Source: Acutalibacteraceae bacterium (GTDB lineage: Bacteria; Bacillota; Clostridia; Oscillospirales; Acutalibacteraceae). From it: DNA of 51,389 nucleotides. This document shows positions 17,915 to 27,490 of the stretch, piece by piece (the stretch's first letter is position 1; each line of letters begins with the position of its first letter). The stretch is from positions 1-51,389 of the forward strand of contig JAZOTR010000091.1 of assembly GCA_045657745.1 (NCBI GenBank). Reading direction: 5' to 3'. A model generated the notes under the pieces. That model saw only the letters and a program-made list of their open reading frames with translations. It made no database searches and had not been told where the DNA came from. The position numbers and the translations under genes were made by a program.

Positions 17915-19422
17915 CAGACTGTTGAATAACCCCAAATCTCAAACGAGGTTTGGGGTTAAACATTTGTAGTTCTCAAAAGCAAAGTAAAAACAAGCAAAAA
18001 AGTCATATAGGTGAGACATTTTCCACCTATGAATTGCATATTTTTTCAGGTTCATGGCAGCAAATTTGAGCCTAACCCAGTTAGTCACTTGGGATAAGCC
18101 TCGGTATGGTGTGTATCGCATTGCATGTTTTTCTTTCGCATCTGCGAATACTCTTTCAAATGTCTCTTTTCGTCGCTCGTATAATTCTTTGTATTCGGGA
18201 GTGTATCTAATATCTTCTACCGTTTCAAGGTAATCTAACCAAACATGTTTAGTTACTGTTTTTTCATTCTTTTGGTTTTCGGTGCATAAATGTTTAGTGG
18301 GACATTTCTCGCAAATATATCCTTTGCTCTTAAATTCTCGGTAGCCTTCTCGGTTTGTGGTGGCATAGTTTAATACTTGGTTTTCAGGACATACTACACA
18401 ATCAAAATACTCATCATATACATATTCGTACGGTGGATAATTTCCTTTCTTTCCCATTGGTCTTTTGTATGGAAGTACGGGTATTCTGCCATCATCTAAA
18501 ACTCGTTTGCTTATCCACGGTGTTTTGTAGCCTGCATCAGCTACTATGTTTTCAATTTCAGGATTCTTTTCGGTTAATCTGTCATATAATCCGTCAAATG
18601 CTACACTATCGTGTACATTTCCTGGATTAACTGTTACATCCATTACATAGCCGTTTTTATCGCAACCTGTTTGTGCGGTATATGCAAAGCATTTCTTATG
18701 CTCGCCCTTATGAAATACTCCGCTTTCGGGGTCTGTAGTAGATGTTGTAATTTCTTTATCTTCGGGTGGTTTTGGTCCGTCAAATGGTTTTTTGTCGTGG
18801 TCTTCTCGGTCTTGGTTTATCTCTGCCATCAGTTCTTCTTCATAGCGTTTAGCCGCTTGAGGTACAGCTTTCTTTACTACCTTTTTAATGTTTGCATTTG
18901 CTTTAATGTGTGTGCCGTCTATGAAGACTGTTTCGGGCGAAAGATAACCTGCTCGTCCTATCTCATTTAATATCCAATAAAATATTCCCTCTATGGTTCT
19001 TTCGGTGTATCTATGCTTAAAGTTATAGCTTATTGTAGAAAAGTGCGGTATTGGTTCATTCATTAAATATCCTAAAAACCAACGGTATGCTACATTCATC
19101 TTAATTTCTTCTACTGTTCTTCTAAGTGACGGAATCCCATATATATGCTGTATTAACACCATTTTAAATAATACCACTGGGTCTACGCTCGGTCTTCCGT
19201 TATCCTTACAGTATAAATCTTCCACCAAATCATATATGTATAAAATCTACTGCTCTATCTATTTTTCTTAATAAGTGGTCTGCCGGTACAAACTCTTCTA
19301 TGCTGAACATTTCAAGTTGGTCTCTATGTATTCTGTCTTTTACTATCATTTTTATCACCAACTTTATTATACCATAAAAAGCAGAAAAAGCCCAGTAAAT
19401 ACTGGACTTTTTCGACAGACTG
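17915..19422 (-). mobile_element. IS1182-family-like insertion sequence, copy 1
   Basis: Ends CAGACTGTTGAA / TTCGACAGACTG (imperfect IR, 10/12). Single DDE transposase with an N-terminal InsH-like domain. Sub-terminal hairpin architecture shared with copy 2. Confidence 0.75.
17939..19349 (-). pseudogene. IS1182-family transposase, reading frame interrupted near codon 44
   Basis: ATG at 19349 gives MIVKDRIHRDQLEMFSIEEFVPADHLLRKIDRAVDFIHI then a stop. The 429-aa track ORF continues in another frame from YDLVEDLYC. The break sits in a TA repeat at 19232-19237. Confidence 0.7.
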
Positions 19423-19450
19423 AAAAGCGGTAGAGAAATCTACCGCTTTT
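19423..19450 (-). terminator. Terminator of the AraC-family gene
   Basis: AAAAGCGGTAGA / TCTACCGCTTTT hairpin flanked by A/T runs; abuts the IS right end. Confidence 0.65.
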
Positions 19451-19454
19451 ATAC

Positions 19455-20240
19455 TTATATCATTGTTTTTCTGTATTCCTTCAAAGAAACACCAGTGTGA
19501 TATTTAAAGAATTTTCGTAACAATTCCGCTGATTCAAATCCTAGTTTAAAGGCGATTTCTTTGGTTGAGTTATTTGAGAATTTAACAAAGTGCTTAATAG
19601 CTGAAAGCCTTTTTTCTGCTATTATTTCACTTAAACATTTGTTACTGTATTTTTTTACAGTACGATTCAAATGCACAACAGTACATCCCATTGCTTCAGC
19701 AGTATATTCAGCTGTGATAGGGCGGGACACATTTTGTTCTATCCATTCATTACATTTATGGTAAAGGCTTAATTCCGCTGAATAAGAATTATACAAAATA
19801 TTGAGTGTGTTAAGAATACTCAGTAGTAATCCCTCGTTGACTCCGGGCAGATTACCGCAAAAAGAATGGTTTCGGTATATTTTATTAAACAATTCTTGGG
19901 TATCTAACGGAGCTTTAAATATATAGGATCTATTTGAGGAGAAAAATAGGTTTTCGGAATATTCAAAAACAATCTCAAATAGTTCTGTGGGCTTTGTTGC
20001 AAAGAAATTAAAATCGGAATATTTAGAAATATATACAATATTCCCGCTTTCTATTATTTTGTTTTCAGATTCTATAGAACCTGAAGATACCAAAAACAGA
20101 GCATCGTTCTCCGTTGAATTCGTATGGTAAACGAACGAGTTTTCCAAATGGAGTTTTTGTAATTTTAGAATAGTCAGTGAGGTTTGCTTTGGTTCTCTTT
20201 CACCGGAAATATATTTTTTGTTGCCAACTATGTATAACAT
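19455..20240 (-). CDS. AraC-family transcriptional regulator (sugar-responsive type)
   Basis: C-terminal double HTH (ITAEYTAEAMGCTVVHLNRTVKK ... STKEIAFKLGFESAELLRKFFKYHTGVSLKEYR); divergent from the GH32 gene. Confidence 0.85.
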   Translation of the reverse strand: MLYIVGNKKYISGEREPKQTSLTILKLQKLHLENSFVYHTNSTENDALFLVSSGSIESENKIIESGNIVYISKYSDFNFFATKPTELFEIVFEYSENLFFSSNRSYIFKAPLDTQELFNKIYRNHSFCGNLPGVNEGLLLSILNTLNILYNSYSAELSLYHKCNEWIEQNVSRPITAEYTAEAMGCTVVHLNRTVKKYSNKCLSEIIAEKRLSAIKHFVKFSNNSTKEIAFKLGFESAELLRKFFKYHTGVSLKEYRKTMI

Positions 20241-20295
20241 ATCGTATTTTTTCCTGTTTTATAAATATTTTTCTCTATCAAAAATGAATTAAGTA

Positions 20296-20304
20296 TGTTA
20301 TAAT
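20296..20304 (+). promoter_or_regulatory. Extended -10 promoter element upstream of the GH32 gene
   Basis: TGTTATAAT; weak -35. Confidence 0.4.
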
Positions 20305-20350
20305 CATAACATAAATCAATAGGATTTTCAAGTATAGGGAGGTTTTGAAA

Positions 20351-21907
20351 ATGAAAATTGAGATTAAAAATAAATATTTAATTTTTCCTGTAAATAATTT
20401 GTCTACAAAAAAGACTTTGACCTTTAAAAGAAATTGTGAAACCGTATACCAAATTAATATTAAGTTGGATAACTGTAATCCTGATTTTTATGCTTATATT
20501 GATATGTCAAGATTTATTGGACAAACAATGGATATCATCGTTTCACCCGATATGAAGCTTGAATTTCGTGAGGCAGATGAAATGAAAATTGATAACCTGT
20601 ATCACGAGCCTATGCGTCCGCAAGTTCATTTTACAACAAAAAACGGTTGGATTAATGATCCTAACGGTCTTGTATATATTGATGGAATATACCATATGTT
20701 TTATCAATATAACCCTACTGAACCTAATTGGGATAATATGCATTGGGGCCACGCTGTAAGTAGCGATTTAATTCATTGGGAGCAAAAGCCGATAGCGCTT
20801 TTCCCCGATGAGCGTGGAATGATGTTCTCGGGCAGTGCTGTTATGGATTATAAAAATTTTCTTGGCAAAAATGAAGGCAATAACAAAGCTGCATTACTGT
20901 TTTATACTACAACCACGCCTTTTTGCCAGCATATGTCATATTCAACCGACAATTTCAAAACAATTAAACGATTTGTAGAGAAACCCGTTGTACCACATAT
21001 AGTGGCTGCTAACCGTGATCCTAAGGTCGTGTTTTGTGATGAACTTGACTGTTATATTATGGTGCTCTATTTAGATGAAGATATATATTGTATTTTAAGT
21101 TCCGATGATTTAATAAACTGGGAAGAATTGCAGAGGATACATTTGGTGGGCGATAGCGAGTGCCCTGATATTTTTCCAATTTATGATAGTGAGGGAACCC
21201 GTAAATGGGTTATCATCGGCGCTCACGACAAATATTTGGTAGGTAACTTTGAAAACGGGAAATTTGTAGCCGAACAATCGGTGTTATCACTCCATTATGG
21301 AAATTCAGGGTATGCGGGTCAATCTTTCGGTAATTTGCCAAATAACAGAATTGTAAGAATGGTTTGGGATAGATGGGGGTTGCCGGTATTTAATTTTAAC
21401 GGACAAATGGGTATCCCGATGGAAATGACGCTTTGTAAATACGATGGGTGCTATTATCTTCAAGCAAATCCCGTTGAAGAGATTAAAGGCATCTACAAAG
21501 AAACAAAAACGTATAGCAATGTTTCACTTGCACCCGAAGAAATGTTTAACGAAACATTGCAGTGTACTGCTCAATTGGTGAAGCTTAAGGGTGAAAATCT
21601 AGAAAGCGGTGTACTAACCGTCAGTATATTTGGAAGAAGTATTGGTTTCGATTTTGCTAACAACAAAATGCATATAGGGGATTGTACGGCACCTATCTCT
21701 TTGACCCGCAGCGTATTGGACATCACTCTCCTTGTGGATCGGTGCAGTATCGAAGTGTTTGCCGACGGCGGAAAAATATTTATGTCCTGTTTGAACAACG
21801 ATACAGTGAGTGATTTTAATATTCCTTATTTATCTATTCAGGCTGACAGTAAAATCGCATTAGAAAACGTAGAAATCAATTCTTTAGACTCTATATGGGG
21901 CAAATAG
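20351..21907 (+). CDS. GH32 beta-fructofuranosidase / sucrose-6-phosphate hydrolase, cytoplasmic
   Basis: WINDPNG, RDPKV and ECPD catalytic motifs of GH32; no signal peptide; AGGGAGG RBS 8 nt upstream of ATG 20351. Confidence 0.88.
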   Translation: MKIEIKNKYLIFPVNNLSTKKTLTFKRNCETVYQINIKLDNCNPDFYAYIDMSRFIGQTMDIIVSPDMKLEFREADEMKIDNLYHEPMRPQVHFTTKNGWINDPNGLVYIDGIYHMFYQYNPTEPNWDNMHWGHAVSSDLIHWEQKPIALFPDERGMMFSGSAVMDYKNFLGKNEGNNKAALLFYTTTTPFCQHMSYSTDNFKTIKRFVEKPVVPHIVAANRDPKVVFCDELDCYIMVLYLDEDIYCILSSDDLINWEELQRIHLVGDSECPDIFPIYDSEGTRKWVIIGAHDKYLVGNFENGKFVAEQSVLSLHYGNSGYAGQSFGNLPNNRIVRMVWDRWGLPVFNFNGQMGIPMEMTLCKYDGCYYLQANPVEEIKGIYKETKTYSNVSLAPEEMFNETLQCTAQLVKLKGENLESGVLTVSIFGRSIGFDFANNKMHIGDCTAPISLTRSVLDITLLVDRCSIEVFADGGKIFMSCLNNDTVSDFNIPYLSIQADSKIALENVEINSLDSIWGK

Positions 21908-21908
21908 G

Positions 21909-22778
21909 ATGAAAGTTTTATCTTTTGGAGAAGTTTTGTGGGATATCTATCCCGATAAAAAATATATAGGCGGTGCGCCTTTAAATTTTGCGGCTCATCT
22001 TGCAAAGCATGGCGAAGAGGCATATATGCTATCTTGTTTGGGGAAAGATAGCTTGGGAGATGAGGCTTTATTGTGTATTAAAGAATTTGGTGTTTTAACC
22101 GATTTTGTTTCTCAGTCTACTGTAAAGCAAACCGGTCGATGCTTGGTAACGCTTGATGAAAATGCGGTTCCGTCCTATGATTTGAAAGAAGATGTTGCAT
22201 ACGATTATATTGATTGTGATAATCTTAATGAAGATTATGATGTGTTATATTTTGGCACCTTAGCTTTGCGCAACAAATATAATTTGGATTCGCTCGGTAG
22301 ACTTTTGAAAAAACAAAATTTTAAAGATGTTTTTGTTGATGTTAATATACGAACTCCGTTTTATAGTTACGAGTCGGTCACATTTTGCATGAATAATGCA
22401 ACAATATTGAAAGTTAGTTCTGAGGAATTACCGATTGTTGCAGATTCACTTTCAATGGATAGTTCGGTTGGATATGAAGAGTTTGCAAGAATTATTAAAG
22501 ACAAGTACGCAAATATAAAAATGGTAGTTATTACTTTAGGGGCTGACGGTGCTTATTGCTATGACTGTAACCGTGAGGAAGAATATAGTTGCGAATCGCA
22601 AAAAGTTAAAGTTGCTTCAACCGTAGGAGCAGGGGATAGTTTTTCTGCCGCTTTCCTGTATCAGTATTTTCGAAAAAAGGATATCCAATCATGCTTGGAA
22701 TATGCCGCAAAAATTGCCGGATATGTTGTTTCGGAATATGATGCGGTGCCAGCTTACAATGTCAAAGATTTTCTTTGA
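21909..22778 (+). CDS. PfkB-family sugar kinase, probable fructokinase
   Basis: 289 aa, C-terminal VGAGDSF motif, N-terminal GEVLWD; 1 nt after the GH32 stop. Confidence 0.8.
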   Translation: MKVLSFGEVLWDIYPDKKYIGGAPLNFAAHLAKHGEEAYMLSCLGKDSLGDEALLCIKEFGVLTDFVSQSTVKQTGRCLVTLDENAVPSYDLKEDVAYDYIDCDNLNEDYDVLYFGTLALRNKYNLDSLGRLLKKQNFKDVFVDVNIRTPFYSYESVTFCMNNATILKVSSEELPIVADSLSMDSSVGYEEFARIIKDKYANIKMVVITLGADGAYCYDCNREEEYSCESQKVKVASTVGAGDSFSAAFLYQYFRKKDIQSCLEYAAKIAGYVVSEYDAVPAYNVKDFL

Positions 22779-22987
22779 AAATGTTGGTCCTATATTGACA
22801 CACTCGTGTTGGACAGTCACATATTTAAAACAGCAACGGACAGTCGAGGATGCCTGTCCCTACAAAGTACCGTAACCCACGTCCTTACTGATGACCCGTT
22901 CAAGGGCTATGCAATTTTTGCAGAAAATATGCTTGAAACGGCGTAAAGAGTGCCTGAATACAACAAAATTAAAGATGCATCATAATG

Positions 22988-23015
22988 AAGCGGACGGGAT
23001 TTAAACCGTCCGCTT
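22988..23015. repeat. 28-bp hairpin, copy 2 of the perfect direct repeat (downstream of hup)
   Basis: Identical to 17887-17914. Confidence 0.9.
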
Positions 23016-23024
23016 AAATAATCA

Positions 23025-23300
23025 TTAGTTGTTTACAGCATCTTTAAGAGCTTTTGCAGCCTTGAAAGCAGGAGCCTTGCAAGCAGCAATTTCAATCTTT
23101 TCTTTTGTAAGAGGATTGATTCCCTGACGTGCAGAGCGCTCACGAACTTCGAAAGAACCAAAACCGTTGATTGCCACCTTTTCACCGGCAATCAATTCAT
23201 TTTTGATTTCAGCAAAAACAGCATCAAATACTGCTTCTGTATCCTTTTTGTTTACATTTGTTTTTTCTGCGATAATTTCAATAAAATCTTTTTTTGTCAT
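23025..23300 (-). CDS. hup: HU family DNA-binding protein
   Basis: 91 aa, MTKKDFIE...[26 protein letters not shown] beta-arm signature. Confidence 0.93.
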   Translation of the reverse strand: MTKKDFIEIIAEKTNVNKKDTEAVFDAVFAEIKNELIAGEKVAINGFGSFEVRERSARQGINPLTKEKIEIAACKAPAFKAAKALKDAVNN

Positions 23301-23334
23301 TGTTTATACCTCCACTATTTTAAGATTTCAAGTA

Positions 23335-23363
23335 ATTATATCATTTTAAATATACTTTGTCAA
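23335..23363 (-). promoter_or_regulatory. Consensus sigma-70 promoter of hup
   Basis: Minus strand reads TTGACA, 17 nt, TATAAT. Confidence 0.75.
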
Positions 23364-23470
23364 ATTACGCAGATTTTGTTACATATGTAGAATTGCTGTT
23401 TTCTTTAATTTTAAAAACTCTTCGTTATAAAATATATGATTTTTAAATTAAAGTTGAAGGAGTTTTTTAA

Positions 23471-25468
23471 ATGTTAGGATTAAAAATGGCAAGGGAAATT
23501 TTAAAGATATGCACTAGTAAGGAACAAGTCATCAAAAGGTTTTTAAGTATTTACGGGTGTAAAAAGGCAATCAGACTCATAAAAAAAGAAACTGTACGTA
23601 TTCCGGATGAGGAAGGAAATCTGCATTCTGATTACAAATCAACCTTTAGTTGTGATAACTGTGGTGAGTTATTTGCAAGAATTGCTTCGGATAAATCAGA
23701 TATAAAATGTCCTAATTGCGGACATAGCATCAAAGTCGAAAATCATTGGGGCGATATGGCATATATTGATGAATCTTATGGGGAATACTCTTATGTTTTT
23801 TCAAAAGGAAATAGGAGAATTGAACCATGCACGGTTCTCCACGAAATAGTTAAATATGAAGGTGTGGATTATCATGTTATGCGAAGATTTCATTTTTCGT
23901 TAGAAAAAGGAAAAATTATTGATATACAAATTGCAAAGTGTATTATCGCTGGTTTATGTAAGGTGCGAGGTTCTATTCTTCTTTACGAAAATAATGAAGG
24001 GGTATTAAGAACATCAAGACCCAGTAATGCAAGTAATTGGTTTACAAATTATAAGTATCGAGAAATCCCATGTGACAACTTTATGTTTGAAGATGATGAC
24101 GAGAGGAGTTTTTCTGACCATCTTGAAGAAGTATCAAAGGCATATGTTGCAGCACGACTATATTACAAACCAACGATTGTAAAGGCACGTGAGATGATAG
24201 AGAAATTTCCTGTGAACAAAAATTTATCATTTAAACAATATGGTTCTGAATTAGAGATGTATGATACATATTTCGTACACAGAATTTTCAGGAACGGAAA
24301 AGAAAACGAACGTTGGATTTATTCCTACCGAGAAAATGTAAATGTTGTGATGGAGTATTCTGATGATGAATGGGTTGTTACTGAAGAAGATAATCCAAGT
24401 GAATATTATGACGATATCTTCATTCGTAACCGAGCAAAACTAGTAGGTTCTTTTATAGATAAGCTAGGTTTGTTTTGTGTGATTAAAGAAACTGACACTA
24501 TTTTTGACGAGAATAATAATGACAGAGAAGCGGTTAGATATCTGACCAATATTCGTAAATATCCTATTATAGAAACATTGGCAAAGATCGGATTGAAACG
24601 GCTTGTAATTGGTGTGTATACCGGAAACATACGTGTTGATGAAGCAAAAACAAAACTGTGGCAAAGATTATGTTTATCTAAGGCGAATTACAATCTGTTA
24701 TTTGAGTTTGATGTAACGAGCGATAACTGTCAAACATTACAGCGAATTAATGCTTTTGATAAAAATGTCGATTTAGAAGCGTTTGTAAAATATTGTGATA
24801 GCGAAATATATTTCAATATGTATTCTGCTGAGAAATTGATGTCGGCAAATAAACTCAACTTCAAACAAATTGTAGATTATCTTATTGATGTACGGGAAAA
24901 TCAAGGATTCAAACCCGAACAGGCAATTGATACATGGAAAGACTATCTTTCAATGTTTGAGGAGTATTACGGATATCGTCCAAAGAAAAAGGAAGATAAA
25001 TTTCCGGAAAGCTTGAAGAAAGCACACGATTTGCTATCGATGTATATTCTTCGCAAAAATGAAAATTTAGAAGATGAAAGCTTTTCTGCTATGAACGAAA
25101 AATGGAAGAAACTGAATTTTTCTGATGATAAATTCTGCATATCAATGCCCGAAACTTCTACCGAACTAAAACTTGAAAGCAAAGAGCTAGGACATTGTGT
25201 TCATACCTATTCAAGTTATATTAGAAATGGACATTGCATTATATTGTTTTTGCGAAAAGTGAGTGAACCGGACAAACCGTTCTTTACAATGGAATTCGAC
25301 TGCTGTGACCGTCTCGTACAGATAAGAGGTAAATCAAACAGAGAGATTACGGATATCAATGATAAACACAAGGAACTCCGTGAAGATCTGATTTCTTTCC
25401 TGCGAAAGTGGGGAAGGCTTAAACATATCACAACAGGATTTGAAAAAGAAACTGCGCAAGCAGCTTAA
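23471..25468 (+). CDS. Zn-ribbon protein with C-terminal PcfJ-like domain
   Basis: CDNCG...CPNCGH ribbon near the N-terminus. C-terminal ELGHCVHTYSSYIRNGHCIILFLRK...PFFTMEF...QIRGKSN matches my recollection of the PcfJ-like family. GAAGGAG RBS. Confidence 0.65.
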   Translation: MLGLKMAREILKICTSKEQVIKRFLSIYGCKKAIRLIKKETVRIPDEEGNLHSDYKSTFSCDNCGELFARIASDKSDIKCPNCGHSIKVENHWGDMAYIDESYGEYSYVFSKGNRRIEPCTVLHEIVKYEGVDYHVMRRFHFSLEKGKIIDIQIAKCIIAGLCKVRGSILLYENNEGVLRTSRPSNASNWFTNYKYREIPCDNFMFEDDDERSFSDHLEEVSKAYVAARLYYKPTIVKAREMIEKFPVNKNLSFKQYGSELEMYDTYFVHRIFRNGKENERWIYSYRENVNVVMEYSDDEWVVTEEDNPSEYYDDIFIRNRAKLVGSFIDKLGLFCVIKETDTIFDENNNDREAVRYLTNIRKYPIIETLAKIGLKRLVIGVYTGNIRVDEAKTKLWQRLCLSKANYNLLFEFDVTSDNCQTLQRINAFDKNVDLEAFVKYCDSEIYFNMYSAEKLMSANKLNFKQIVDYLIDVRENQGFKPEQAIDTWKDYLSMFEEYYGYRPKKKEDKFPESLKKAHDLLSMYILRKNENLEDESFSAMNEKWKKLNFSDDKFCISMPETSTELKLESKELGHCVHTYSSYIRNGHCIILFLRKVSEPDKPFFTMEFDCCDRLVQIRGKSNREITDINDKHKELREDLISFLRKWGRLKHITTGFEKETAQAA

Positions 25469-25482
25469 AGGAGATAATTAAA

Positions 25483-25835
25483 ATGGGTATGCAAGATATG
25501 GATATCATGTTGAGCAGAGAATTTCTGCAAGATTTTTAGATTTGGATTTTTCATATTTCAACTATGTTTTATCGAATATTTTTTCTGATCCGCAAGTGGC
25601 AGATTACCTTATTAATGAAGTTAAGGTTGGGGAAGATGTAATTGTTGTTGATGAAGATACCGGATTTACGATTGCTGCAAATATCGGTATTGAAAGTATA
25701 TTCATTAAAACTATTTACAATCTGTATGAAGGTACAATGCGTATAAGAGAAAACCAACCGGTACTTCGATATGGAAAGCGCAACGGATTTAGGACCGAAA
25801 TTTTTACGAGAAACAAGGAGAAGTGTTATGCTTAA
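25483..25835 (+). CDS. Hypothetical protein (about 117 aa if one T is added at 25533-25537)
   Basis: Strong AAGGAG RBS before ATG 25483. An 18-codon ORF ends at a TAG made by a T5 run. With T6 it runs in frame into the 25542..25835 ORF. Confidence 0.4.
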
Positions 25836-26022
25836 GATTAAAAACGGAGATATGGTTCAAATTATTAAGCCATTATGTGTGAGACGCAGTAACGGAAATG
25901 TTGAAAATTTCTTTAACAGAATTGTTCGTGTGGATAAGGTTGAATTTAAAACCTGTAAGTGCGATTTAGGATTAACTCGTCTTATTTGCATACCAAAAAC
26001 ACATTTGAAAAAGGTGGCGTAA
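25828..26022 (+). CDS. Hypothetical 64-aa protein
   Basis: AGGAGAAG RBS then ATG 25828; overlaps the upstream stop by 8 nt; the track ORF opens earlier at 25771. Confidence 0.4.
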   Translation: MLKIKNGDMVQIIKPLCVRRSNGNVENFFNRIVRVDKVEFKTCKCDLGLTRLICIPKTHLKKVA

Positions 26023-26394
26023 ATGAGCAAGCAAATAAAAATAGTACCATATAATGGTGCGAAACATGATACCTTTTTCTCTAACGGAAGATATATGGGG
26101 TGTATTCATATTAGAAGTAATGAAACAAACGATATCTGTGCTTCTAGTCTGCTATTTGACAGAGATATGGAATACGGTGAGCCCAAGCAAGCAACCGAAG
26201 AATTTTTGAGGTTTTTTTTAAAACTAAATTGTCTCAAATCGGTTGAAGCATTTAACGATTTGTGCCAGGAGACTTTTGGTGATTTACAGGGTGAAAAAGT
26301 ATTCTTTTTCAAGGATGTGATGAATGCATATAAAATACAGGCATTCTGTAATGAGGAAACATTCAATATAAATGTGCATATAAATAAACTTTAA
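26023..26394 (+). CDS. Hypothetical 123-aa protein
   Basis: ATG directly follows the upstream TAA; no recognisable domain. Confidence 0.45.
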   Translation: MSKQIKIVPYNGAKHDTFFSNGRYMGCIHIRSNETNDICASSLLFDRDMEYGEPKQATEEFLRFFLKLNCLKSVEAFNDLCQETFGDLQGEKVFFFKDVMNAYKIQAFCNEETFNINVHINKL

Positions 26395-26401
26395 GAAAAA
26401 A

Positions 26402-26442
26402 GGGAGCAAGAGTTCATTATGTGAACGATTGTTCCTTTTTTT
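26402..26442 (+). terminator. Terminator of the PcfJ-like operon
   Basis: GGGAGCAAGAGTTCA / TGAACGATTGTTCC imperfect stem followed by T7. Confidence 0.6.
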
Positions 26443-26646
26443 ATGTCGAAATAAAGCATATATTATTTATGGATGAGATTAAAAGTCGATTCTGCTATTA
26501 TAATGTTATGAAAAGGAGTCGGAAACACACAACGATTTTAAATATGCCAAATCGCACATTTTACCGCCAAATACGTCCGAAATAAAGATTTTAAATCACT
26601 GAGTTGCAGACGAAAATATGATAAAATAATTGTAGGTGGTAGATAT

Positions 26647-26958
26647 ATGTACGAAAATTTCATTGCGGAAAGAATAGAACAGTTGTTAAAGACAAAAGGT
26701 GTATCTGCGTATAAGGCGAGCTATGACCTTGGTCAAAGTAAAACTTACATAGGAAAAATCACAAAAGAAAAAATAATGCCGTCTATGAAAATGTTTTTGG
26801 CAATTTGTGAATACTTTAATGTTACACCTGTTGAATTCTTTGATCCGTCCCTTAATAAAGAAACTATGGCATATTTGAATGAATTTTTTAGACTCAGCGA
26901 GGAGGATAGATGCTCTGTAATTAAGATTACAAAAGCGTTTGAACATTATAATAAATAA
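26647..26958 (+). CDS. XRE-family HTH transcriptional regulator
   Basis: IAERIEQLLKTKGVSAYKASYDLGQSKTYIGKI...FLAICEYFNVTPVEFF typical Cro/CI fold. Confidence 0.8.
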   Translation: MYENFIAERIEQLLKTKGVSAYKASYDLGQSKTYIGKITKEKIMPSMKMFLAICEYFNVTPVEFFDPSLNKETMAYLNEFFRLSEEDRCSVIKITKAFEHYNK

Positions 26959-26970
26959 GGGGGATTTTCT

Positions 26971-27474
26971 ATGTTAAAAAAGCAGGAAATTTTGTCTATC
27001 GGAAGTATTGTCAGGATACATTTTGGGAATGATGAAAAAGATACTATAGCAGTCATCATAGGACATCTATCACTCACCAAAAGATTTAAATGCCATTATG
27101 ATTATATCTGTGTTGAACACCCTTATGGACTTGAAAGAGGAATCTTTTACATAAATCATACTGATATAATAGAAATTATAGAAAACTGCAAGAATAATAA
27201 TGCACAGCATTCAAATTGGATGGAACGCAAGTATCCGGAGTATATGGCATACTATAATCAGTATAACCACGATGAGCGCCCAGATAAAGATAGCCTTCGA
27301 GAACAGTTTGCAAATGCAGAGGAATACCTGACTGCAAAACAGCATAAAGGATTAAAGATAATATTAAATATAATAATCGGCATCATGCTATTCGCATTGA
27401 CAGTATTTGACTGGCGAATAGGCATAGGTGTCGATATTTCTTTTATTGTAGGAGTTTTGATTGGAAGATTATAA
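26971..27474 (+). CDS. DUF4176-like domain protein with C-terminal TM helices
   Basis: LSIGSIVRI...IAVIIGH...YDYICVEHPYGL...FYINHTDIIEII matches the DUF4176 pattern as I recall it; the tail GLKIILNIIIGIMLFALTVF...FIVGVLIGRL is hydrophobic. Confidence 0.55.
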   Translation: MLKKQEILSIGSIVRIHFGNDEKDTIAVIIGHLSLTKRFKCHYDYICVEHPYGLERGIFYINHTDIIEIIENCKNNNAQHSNWMERKYPEYMAYYNQYNHDERPDKDSLREQFANAEEYLTAKQHKGLKIILNIIIGIMLFALTVFDWRIGIGVDISFIVGVLIGRL

Positions 27475-27490
27475 AAAAATCCCGATGAGT

